From assembly GCA_977017645.1 (NCBI GenBank), contig OZ360247.1, positions 15,190,001 to 15,254,000 of the forward strand: 64,000 nt of DNA. The letters run 5' to 3'. The notes beneath the pieces were generated by a model. It saw nothing but the letters and a program-made list of their open reading frames with translations, was not told the origin of the DNA and ran no database searches. Source of the DNA: Torpedo marmorata. Its lineage: Eukaryota. Positions within the stretch are counted from its first letter, which is position 1, and every line of letters begins with the position of its first letter. Below, one piece after another: positions 27,801 to 39,800 of this stretch. The position numbers were made by a program, and so were the translations under genes.

Positions 27801-30800
27801 ACACACTTCTGCAGTCATCCATGGCTTCTGATTAGAGCGAGTAATGATGGTCTTGGGCACAGTGACTTCGTCAGTACACTTACTAATGTAGCTAGTCACT
27901 GATGCCGTATGCTCCTCCAGGTTGATGCAGTCGCCATCGGTTGCTGCTTCCCTTAACGTGCCAATCAGTACGCTCAAAGCAGTCCTGAAGTGCATGGATG
28001 GCACCTGCTGGCCAGGTTTTAACCTGCTTCAGAACTGGTCTGGAGCGTCTGGCGAGTGGTCTGTATGCTGGGGTTAGCATTACAGAGATGTAGTCTGAAT
28101 ATCCGAGGTGGGGGCGGGGCTCTGCCCGATACGCGTCGGAAACACGTCCAAGCTGTATTTTAAAACAATGCAAGCTCCACATAGGTCATTTCCTGGAAGC
28201 AAAACTGGAAGGGTGTTGTGGTCATCATTTTATCCTTGGGGGGAACTGTAAAAAATTTGTGCTGTAATTATGCAAATATAAAATGTGCGTTCAAATGTAA
28301 TATCTATGATTGTAGGAGTGGTGGACTCATCTGTGGTTGAATGAAGGCTTTGCTTCTTGGATTGAGTATCTATGTGTTGATTACTGCTTCCCTGAATATG
28401 ATATCTGGACCCAGTTTGTATCTGCTGACTACACACGAGCGCTAGAACTTGATGCTCTTGACAGCAGTCATCCAATTGAGGTAAGGCTGCTTTACTTCCT
28501 TTCAGGTAAGGGTTCCATTATTGTCACGTAATACTACATTTAGAATGTAACATACTTGAAATTCTTTAATTTTTGTCTACCGTAAGGCAGACAGAGAGTC
28601 GCTACTCTGTCCAGCGCCCCTCACAGAAACCTCCAGCAACTGGTGTTCCTAGGCGATCTCCCCTCCAAGTACTGACCAGTCCTGTGCCTGCTTAGCTTCC
28701 GAGATCAGACAATCCCAGTCGTATTCAGGCTATTGGTGTCTCTGCAGACACCACAATACTTTGATGCTTAATCTCACAACAACCCACAAATATTCCTTTT
28801 TGTAACAGGGATTTTAAAGTTTGTCAAATGATTATTTGTTGAAGTTACTTTCTAATCTGTGTAATTTAAATTTGTTCTGTATCAATTTTTTTAACATGAC
28901 TTTTGTACCTTTATTTTCTGCAGATTTTTCTCTTTTGCTTTTTTAAGTGTTAAATTCAATGGGTAGTACATAACTGGCCATTCTGTAAGTCAAGATAATG
29001 AAGGCAATCTGTTCAGTTTGTATAATGATTGAGATTGTTTCCAGTATTAAGATCTCCCAGTCTACAAAGTTATGCACTTTCCTGTCAAAGTTCCCAAATA
29101 GCAATTGGATGTAAGAATCCTGATCCAATCCCTGGCAATGTATTGATGTCCTGTGTTATGGACCATGACTGACCATTTGGACTGCGGACGGTCAGCAGGA
29201 AGGATGAAGTCTTTTGGAGTACACACTGGGACCAGGTACTGAAAGAGTTAACGCCCAGGACTGGATGTGCTCACAGAGAGAGAGAGAGACAGGCTGTGGA
29301 AAGATACTTTGTTGCACTTTTGCAAAAGCAGGTGCAAAACTCTGCAAAAAGCATTCAGTCTGGAGTTGCAAGAGGCTGGAACAACACAGCAAAACTAGGC
29401 TTGTGCATCCTAGGGGGAAAGGCTGGGAGAATACCACATGGCCTCCTGTATCAGCAAAATCCTGATTTAAATCAACTTTCGTGGAGAACAGGCGTGAGAT
29501 CAGCGAGACCGGCTGGGAGATCTAAGTATACGCCTCAATCAAAACTGATTTAGAATCGCAATCCTCGTGTACCGACCAAAAGGGAAAGTCATCAGGGAAG
29601 AAAAGCAGGCCAAGCATTCGTAAGCTTAAACAGTTATTGTCTCTCTCTCTCCAACGTTCATTAAGAAGTCTTTCGTGCCAGCACACAGAGCTGTATTTGG
29701 ATCTGAACATAGAGAGTAATTTTTGTGGACTGTATTTTTGGGACTGACTTATTTTTATGACTGACCTGGGGGTTTTGGGGAAGGTTTTCCATTTTTACGA
29801 GGGTTGGGCACAGACTGTAATGGTCTGGGCTTTATACACACACACTCACTCTTTAGATAAGAATAGTGTTTATAGACGTTTAGAGTGGGGTTAATTGTCT
29901 TTAATAAATATAAATTTCAATTTTACCCCTTTTGCATTGTGTCTTCTGTCGTTGCTGGTTTGAGTTTGTAACACCTGGAACGATATAAGTCAGATTTGGC
30001 AGGATCAGCTACTTTGTTCACCGATATAAGGCCAAAGCTCCCAAAATGATGCAAAGTACCATTTTTCAACAATGGAAGCATCTTAATGTTTTCTGGTGTG
30101 TAACATTAATGTAATTAATTGAGATATGGAGCTTTTGATAGGGAATTTAATTTGGGAGATTGGTTCCCTGGCCAGGCTACATTTTCCTGCAACAGTCATT
30201 TTCCAATGCAAAATTAATTCCTTTGCTGAAATAATAATTAGCTATGTCACAGGCTGGAGACCAGGAAATTTAAAGACAGAAAACATCTAATCTATAATGG
30301 ATTTCAATATTCTGCCAAAACGCACATCTGAATTTCTTGAAATATATGATCACTAATGGGTTAGCACTGTAGCTACCATTAAACTGCATATTGTCATCTC
30401 TGTTGGTGGGGCTAAAGGTATCAGCAAATGGGACATAAGTGATGAGGATATTATTGTTGCTCAGTGTGACTTTTGTAATTTGCACAGTCACCAATGTTTC
30501 TAGGATATATGGTTTCTAGTTATAGAAATCTTTTTGAACTTTTTTTGCATACAAGTAGTTATCTAGTATTTCTTCCTTCTCAAGCAAATCATAGTGCAAG
30601 ATTGAATTTTCAACTAAGTACAGTACCTTTGCTAAAATCAATATACCACGAAATTGTTTTGTGTAAGAGCAGATGGCATTGACAAAAAATACAATTAACA
30701 TATTACTTTTAAAAAAACACCAGGTACCTGTGCACTTCCTACCAGTTCTCTCATTCTGAAATACAAAGACCCTCTATAACAAGATCATCTCAGAATTGTT

Positions 30801-33800
30801 GCATCAATATGGAGAAAGTGTGTAATTAATGCACAGAATGTAAATGGATTGATAATAATATAAGAATGAATATGTAGAAGTAGAATGTGTCCAAATTCTG
30901 TTTGTCTGTCTTGGTTCATCTCTCTTTCATTTGCTAGTCCTTGAATTCTGCATCAATGCATCCTTTCTAAGCTGGTCATGATCTTGTGCTCTCGCAAACA
31001 TTTTTTTGCTCCACAAATGTTATGGACCATGGACTGACCTTTTGGACTGTGGACTGTCATTATAAAGGATGGAATTCTGCTGAGAACTCTGTGACTTGTG
31101 GTACAGCTGAGTGCTGACTCGCCAAGGTCGAGCTGTGCAGACAGAGAGACAATGGAACAGCAGTTGGAGCGGCAGAACGGCAGTTGGAGAGCTGTGTGAA
31201 ATGCACATGCCTCATAAGTGAGGAAGGGTTAAAAACCTCACTTTGAGAACCAAGGGAAGTCACCTGAGAAAGCCTGAAAAAGGATTCGTAAGCTTACTGC
31301 AACGCAACAGTCATTTCTCTCTCCAACGTTCAATACGACATCCTTTGTTATCAGTTAAAGAACTGAACTTGGACATTGAACTTTGAGATTGAATTTTGTG
31401 GACTGTGTTTTTTTGGACTGACTTACTTGACTGACTGACCTGGGGTTTTGGGGATTTTTCCTTTTTGAATATTGGGCACAGACTAATGGTCTGGGTTTTT
31501 CACATACACACTGTTTATAAATATATGATATCTGTATATTTGCTATAGATACTTATAGTGGGGTTAATTGTGTTAAGACATTATATTATTAATAGTCATT
31601 AATAAATATAGAGTTAAAATTTTACCCTTTTGAATTGCGAATTCTGTTGTTGCTGGTTTGAGTTGTAACAAAGAGCACAATTTCAGATTCTCAGTCCAAC
31701 TTTGGAGGTGAAATCTCACATTTCTGGAACCATCTGGCAGCCTATCTAGGACCTTAATATCCTTCCTAAAATGTGATGATCAGAATTGATGGCCAAATTC
31801 CAATTGTATCCAAACCGTTCTTTTATAAGGTTTGCACATAACCTATTTGCTTTTGCATTTTATGCATATGGAGCATATACACTCGATCACTTCTGTTCCT
31901 GCACACTTCAGAATTGTCTATATTGTCCACACTTGATTGTTCTTTGTTTGGTTTTATATTTCATCTGCCACCTATCAGCCCACTCTGATGACCTGTACAT
32001 ATTTTATATATTCATTGCAATCTATTGCTATTCTCACCTACAAGTTTGCAGATTTTTAAAAAATTTGCTCTGCGTCACCTCATCCAAGTCATTGACTTCT
32101 ATTTAAAAATGAAGAGCAGTGTGCTACCAGCATTGAACATGGTGGAATGTCACGGTATAAAAGTCGAAAGTTGTGTATAAAATTTCGGTTGGGCCATATT
32201 TGCAATATTGTGTGCAGTTCTGATTGCCACACTACAGGAAGAATGTGGAACTTTTGGAGTGATGCAGAAGCATCGTCCAGATTAGAGAGGAATAGATATC
32301 AGGAGAGTTTGGACACATAATTTTCTCTGAAGCGTCAGTGCTGAGGGACAACCTGATGGAAGTGTACAAAATTGAGAGGCAGAGGGTAGATGGTCTTTAT
32401 CCCAAAGTGGGAATGTCAATACCATAGCTTTAAGGTGAGATGGGGAAAGCCAGTTCCCTCCCTTACCCTAATGGTATGTTCCTGGAATGCACTGGGCTGG
32501 TGGGGGTGGGGGGGGGGGAGGGTCGTGAAAGGTTGGTAGAAGCAGATATGATAGCAACCTTTAAGAGATATTTAGACGCCTTTACAGCGCCAGCGATCGG
32601 GACCGGGGTTCGAATGTTCTCCCCGTGTCTGCGTGGGTTTTCCCCAGGGGCTCTGGTTTCCTCCCACCCTTCAAAACGTACCGGGGGTGTAGGTTAATTG
32701 GGTGTAAATTGGGCGGCACGGACTCGTGGGCCAAAATGGCCTGTTACCGTGCTGTATGTCTAAATTTAAATAAAATTTTTTAAAACAATATGAACAGGCA
32801 GGCAATAGAGAGATAAAGATCATATGCAAGCAGATGGGATTAGTTTAATCTGACATGGTCAGCACAAACATTGTGGGTTGAAGAGCATGTTCCTGCACTC
32901 TACCGTTCGGTTTTATAATTATCCCTCAAATTTATCTGGCTGTTACCAAATTGCTTTTTGTATGTCCATCCTACATTACTGCAGTAATTACATATGGGAA
33001 AAACTTCTAAGTGTAAAGTGCTTGGGGCATTTGAAGTCCTGAAAGGCAATATATAAACGCAGATTTAGAATTAGAGTATAGTTATTTAAACCTGACACGA
33101 CTGGCTTTTGAGTACCACTTAGTTGAGGTTCATTGCCTGTAGAGTAAGTGTGCTTCCATTATGGTTGAAATTCTTCATCTTTTAAACATGCTTAAAGCGA
33201 CATCTCTCCTTTTTTTAATAAAGGTCACTGTAGGACATCCAGCAGAAGTGGATGAAATATTTGATGCAATTTCTTATAGCAAAGGAGCATCAGTAATTAG
33301 AATGCTGCACAATTACGTTGGAGATGCGGTAAGGCTCTTTAAGCATAACTTAGTGTGTGTTACTGTGATTTTTGTGATTTCATTTCAAACTGATTTGGGA
33401 TGTATAGAATTTGAGCTTTTCAAAAGTTCAAAAATGCAACTTGTTTTGATGTTTGCATTTGAAAGCTGACAGTTCTCTATTGATTTTGGAGCAGTAATAT
33501 CTGAAATTAGAAATCTGAACTGTATGCTGTAGCACTGAAGTCTTGCGGAGAGCGAGGTGTAGGTACATTTATCCCCAGCTATTTTCATCTCCCTCTGTCT
33601 CCCACCCACGTTATAATTTTAAACGTTGCATGGCTGAGTGAGTCACACTGTTGTCTGAGTTGGATTATTATGGGCTCAATCCCTGTTCCAGAGGTTAGAG
33701 CATAAAATCTAGGGTGATACCCCAATACATTATCACTGGACATAGTTTTAGCGTCACATCTGTAGTGTTTTGAATAAAGCATCAAATATCTGCCCCAGTC

Positions 33801-36800
33801 ATTGCAGTAGAACCTTCATCAATTAATAAATGGAGTGCTTTTTCCCTGATATGATGCTCAGTGTTTGTCTCGTGCAGCACCTAAAACAGATGATCTAGTC
33901 CTTATCTCAGTGTTGGTGGTAGAGCTTATTGCACACAAATTGGCTGTCATGTTTCCCCACTTCACAACATTATGAGGAGGCAAGAAAGTGCTCTGGAACA
34001 TCCTTAAGGCATTAAAAATGTTAAATGTATTTTTCTTTATCTGGGTTCTTACCATGTAAAAGGTCAAATGAAAGTGCAAATAAAGAAATTTCCGGAACTA
34101 CATAGTGGGACAATCAATCATTGTAGAGAGAAAAAAACAATTTAATCTGTAGGATGTAAGTGGTTCATCAGGACTGAATTCTGATGAAAGGCCTATCCCT
34201 GCAGCATTAACCTGTCTTTTCTCTTTACAGCCTTCCCTTCTGTTTATTTCCAACATTGTATTTGTGTGTATTTCTTTGTCATAATTTGATTGTAGGTGTA
34301 GACAATCAAATACCTCCTGTAAGATCTGAAAACCCAGCTATCAAGCTGCTCTACATCCAAACAGGTTTTGTACTCTAAAAGTGTATTTTTCTTGTTGGGG
34401 AGGGGGAGAACTGGGGAGATGTGAATAAGGGATAACAGGAGGTGATTACAGGATGTAATTTAATAAATGCTTGGGTATAATGAAAGAAAACAAAAGTTTA
34501 CAATACATTTGAATGCTTCATTAAAATGCACACCTTAGAATTTCACCTTTATCGTATATAAAAAAAAACTTATTGCCTTTCTAAGATCTTAAATCACTTT
34601 TTAAACAGTAGCATTAGTGTCATGGATGTGATCAATTAATCCATGATCATGCTCAAACTGCAGCATAATTAGTTGAAATAGAATTACCAAAAATATATTT
34701 TAAAATACATTTACTCTAATTGAGAATAAAATTGATAAAAACAATTTACTCCCCAAATTGGGCCAGTATTTGGAAAGCCTTGTATTATTAACAATTTTAA
34801 AACATTGATGTTTTATTGAGATTTTAGGATAAAGATTCAACAAGTCAAAATAAAATTCTTCTGGTGCAGCTTTTTCATGTGTTGCTAGATTGATGTTGTG
34901 ATTTTACATAATCCATGGCTACAGGACCAGAGTCATGCTTATTCATGGACCTCCTTTGTCCACAGTCTTAAGTCAAGTTATGAAGCATCATGCGACTGGT
35001 TCTAGAGCTGAGGAAGGAAGCAGGTGGGGTGGCAGAAGCAAGTAGAATGAATGTGTAATCATCATCTGCATTTCTGCAGAGTACATTTAAAAAAAAATTT
35101 AAAAAAATAAGTTTCAAGATCATTAATCTTGTTATCAGTGTTCTTCCGATTTGGCAAGGTTATGGAAATTACTCTGCAGTCTGTTGTTACAATGCAAAAT
35201 TGAATTGTAGAGGAAGCACAGATTATCCCCTTGTCCTTATAACATGTTTACATAGTCCAGGCATGTGGGCATCAAGATATATGATGAGATACTTCAACTT
35301 GAAAGTTTCATAATAAGATCTTCATGTCCTACTTCACGTAGGTGGGCCCAGTTGCATCAGGCCTTGTGCAGGAGTTCATAACAACTCTGAGTATATCTGC
35401 AAGTCTTGGCAGAGGGCTGAGGAAAAAAATAAACCCTTCAAGGTCAAGTTACAATTCTTTCCATTTTCCTTAGCTGTTGTTTTTGCAGAATTTTAAACAA
35501 GAAAATATTTTGAACCATAACATTTAAGAGCTTACACAATTAAATATTAATTTTTCAGTTGAAAAAGTATATGATTGCCATAAATGTGGCATGCTTTCTA
35601 GTTAAAGTAGTAGGCTGTGCTGAAACACATTTGAGTTCTATTTTGCCTCATTTTTTTTTTCATTAGCCTAGTAATAACTGCCTGAGATATAAAAATGCAA
35701 ATGTTTGACATAATTGCATAACAGTTCTCTGTCAGCTATTTTTGAAACAAGAAATAATCCATTTGCAGTTAAATGAGTTACAATCCTTTTAAAATAGGTG
35801 GGAAATATTGTAGGTGTTCTTAATGTTTGCTCAATGTTTCTGGGCTAATCAAAGCACAGTGGGCAGTAACCAGGTTCCGTGCAGAAGCACTTGTTTCAAT
35901 ATCAAGCTTGTGAAGGATCAGATGATTTTAGAAATTGGGGGCTGGGTTACTCTCACAACCCTTCAGAAATCAGGAAGGACAAGATTGTTGTAGAACCATG
36001 TCATATAAATTCTATTAATTTATACATTGTATTATGCCATAATGGAGTTCTAATGCTAAATGTCGATGCATTTAAGACCAGACTTCCTTTTCTCTTCCAT
36101 TGTCAAAACAAAATGTCTTTGTATGTAATACTATTTAGCCCATCAGCTGAGATCTTCAATGCAGGTTTCTAGTTATTTTGATGCAATGCTGTCATTTTGT
36201 TCGAAGAATATGTAACAGTATTTGATAGGTTACAGTGAGTGCCAGGTATGACTCATTTTCTTTTTATTTGTAAAGATTTGGTGATGCAAACATAATAAAA
36301 TGGTTCATGGAAGAGACAAGCAAGACTGCTGTTACCTCTGAATTTATTCATATTTTGTGTGTTAGCAGAATAAACTGATTTTTCAAAAGACTCATCATAA
36401 TTTTTTATTTTGTTTTTGGGTTGGGATGCTATATTGTACTTATTACCTTTATTGATTAGCTAAGTGTATTAAAAAAAATATGCCTCTTTACAGGATTTCA
36501 GAAAAGGAATGTACTTGTACTTGAAAACGTTTCAAAATAAAAATGCAGCAACAGGTAAGCAATCTTCAACTTAAAGCCCAGTGGAGGAAGCCTTTGTGGA
36601 ATAGGTTTTTGGAAGAAGACTAGAGAGTTATCCTTCCATACAGAAGTGAGATAGAGGCTCATGGGTGACGAGGGAAGAGGGGATGAAACCACATCAATTG
36701 ACCAGGGGAAAGGAAGGGGAGGTGAGAGGATGGGAAAGGTGAACTGAAGAAGAAAGCCAGGTGGATAGATATGTGGGTGATGGGCTGATGGAACCAGGAG

Positions 36801-39800
36801 TGGGAGAGGAAAGTCTAAAATAGAAACATCTTGAGAACAGATGTGGCATAGATGGAAAAATTGAGAAAAAGTAGTGGCATCCTTGCAGGAGGGAAGAGGT
36901 GTAGTCAAATTGGCTGTTGGAGTCTGTGGGTTTATAGTTAACATTGGTGGTTAGTTTTACAGCATGGAAACAACCCTTGGGTCCAGCTTTCCATGTTGAC
37001 TAAGTTCTCTCCCCAACCTAGAGCCATTTGTCTGCATTCAGCCCATATCCCTCTAAACCAGTGGTTTTCAAACTTTTTCTTTCCACTCACATACCACTTT
37101 AAGTAATTCCTATGCCATAGGTGCTCTGTGATTAGTAAGGGATTACTTAAGGTGGTATGTGAGTGGGAAAAAAAAGGTTGAGAACCGCTGCTCTAGACCC
37201 AATTGTTACTGAAATATTTTGCTTGAGAAAAATTGTCATTGGACCATTTCCTTTGGAGTTATGAAACCGTGCACATAACGAGTCAATTAGGTACGATTAA
37301 AACAGTGGTTTTCAAACTTTTTCTTTCCACTCACATACCACCTTAAGTAATCCCTTACTAATCACAGAGCACTTCTGGCATAGGGGTTACTTAAGGTGGT
37401 ATGTGAGTGGAAAGAAAAAGTTTGAAAACCACTGCTCTAAACCTTTCCTATCCATGTACCTGTCTAACTGACTCTTAAGTTACAATTGTACTCGCCTCTA
37501 TCACTACCTCTGGCAGCTTGTTCCAGATGCCCACCAGCCTCTGGGGGAGGGGGGGGGGATCGTCCCTCAGGTCCCTTTTTAAATCTTTCTCCTCTTGCCT
37601 TAACTCTGTCTTGTAGTTTTAGATTCCCAAACCCTGGGGTGAAAGACTACTTCGTGATTTTATAAACTTCTATAAGCAAGCAATCCGGCAGGAAGCAGAT
37701 TCGAAAGTAATTTTCAAAAGAATTGGATACAGTTTTCCAGGGTGGAGCTGGGCTGCAGCAACAGCTGAGAAGTTGGACAAATTGGCTTTTTAAACGACAT
37801 AGCACAGACTCAAGGAATCAATCAGCCTGCTGCTGCTGTATTGTTCTGTGGTTTTATGCAATTGTAAGCTTAAATTTTCAAGTTCTTTTGAAAATGTTTG
37901 AATAATGTTGATGCTAGTTCTTAAGAGGCAACACCTTCTGAAATGAAAAGGTTTTCTGATTGGTAGAGTGTTTTCTTAAGGTTCTAGGACACCTGTTTAG
38001 TTCCTGGTGGAATAGCTGGACTGCAGTGAAAAGGAGCTGTTCTGGAATGCAAGTGGCTTCCCCCTTAACTGGCATCATGGTGATGAAGGGTAGGGAGCCA
38101 AATTGCTCATCTTTTTAGGTTGCACAACCAATGTTTTAAAGGTGTGGGTTCAGAGTTCTATGAAAATGGTTGGAAAATACTTGATGTATTTTGTCTGCAG
38201 AACAAATTTGAGATGGATCTAACCAATTGTTGGCCCAATTAATATTGGTTGCCAGACGTAGGTTCAACAAAACTGCAAGGAATTTTACATTATAGTGACT
38301 AAATTAAAGAGACAATTTAACTATATAGTGGCAAAGTATATGCACTAGTAGAATCAGCTTTGTTGTGTGACATCAGATGCTTTAGAATTCCAAATATCCA
38401 TTCCACCAAAGGGTAAACATGAGTATCTTGAGATGGCAGAATTGAAAAATTAATTTTTTATTAGATTTGTCATCCCTTTGGGGTCTCAGAATGTGGCTGA
38501 TGATTGGCCTGCAGACTCTACCATGGGTGGTATTGAAGGCACTTGACAGATGGGGATGTGAATTGTATGGGAAATGGTGCTTTCCTACTGCCATATATGT
38601 TGACTTTCTGTGTGCTGTAGTAATTACATTTTGAATAATTGTTGGCCAGGGATTCCCACAAATTCTTAGGAATGTCACGCTTTTTCAGGAAGGCTTTGAC
38701 AACATCCCTGTGTACATTTAGTAATTTTTTTGCAACAATGCCTGGAGTAGAATGTCTGTGTCAGGGGGGAGTTGTTGGGCAAGTAATTGAAGCCTCTGTT
38801 GGCATTGGAGACTGCGGAAGTTGATTTGTACGATGATGGTGGATGTGGAGGATTTTGCACAGACAGCCTTGACACTTTAGTATTCTGAGGTACATGCTAT
38901 ACATGCAGACAGGAGCAAGGATTTCTGCTACCCAGTCGACCACGAGTTTAGTGCTGAATTTCCTTGCTAGTGTTTTGTAAAAGCTTGGCATAATTTCCTT
39001 TCTGTTGTGCAATCTTACTAAAACCTTGAACACCAGTGTTTTTATTTATAACAGCTTCTTTAACTTGCCTAATGTTCAGAGATACGAGAACATACTTTCC
39101 ATAAAACTCTCAGATCCCATACATCCTTTCACAATTTTGTATTGCCTCATACAAATGTACACCCGAATTAGGATTAGGAGTAAGCCACGTGGCCTCTCAA
39201 GTTCCTCTGCCATTCAATTATACTCCAGACGTGGTCTCAGCAGTGCCTATTATCCCTGCTACATTTGTTACCCTTTACTTCCTCTGGATGCTGCGTGACC
39301 TGCTGAGTTTCTTCAGCATATTTGTGTATTGCACCCACTTGTCTGATTGTGATAGACATGAGATTTTTTTTTAAATCTCCTCTTACTGATTTGGGCAATT
39401 TTAACCAGTTCCCTGGTGAGATCTTCCAGAATGAAAAAATATAAATGAATTAGATTAAGTTTGTGTTTTAGCATCAAGAAAACTGGGATTGTAACAGCTG
39501 TTTGACAGATTTGTTTGAAGTTCAGTTGCAACTAAATGGAATGGATTAGGTTTCACTGACCCTGCCGCCTCCAACCCAGGAAAAACGACCACTGTGCCTT
39601 CATTAGATAGTGCTGCATTTCTCAGCATCTCTTATGAGGATGTTTACCCACCACCAATTTGTCTAAATGAAAGGGAATTGGGTTAAATGCATAGTTTGTG
39701 TTCCATGGTTGAATAAGGTAATTTATTTTTTCCCATTGTTTAAAATAAGAGAGGGGGGAGGGGGAACTGGAAAATAGTTTCAGTAAAACAGCGTTGATTT

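Noticed and set aside
28627-28740. Functional 5S rRNA gene
   Set aside because: 5' part is diverged, there is no T4 terminator, it is not in a tandem array, and it continues into a retroposon tail; called as a SINE.
29154-31670. Single LTR retrotransposon or TRIM
   Set aside because: The first LTR has its own TSD, the LTRs differ greatly, and there is no recognisable PBS, PPT or gag/pol in the spacer.
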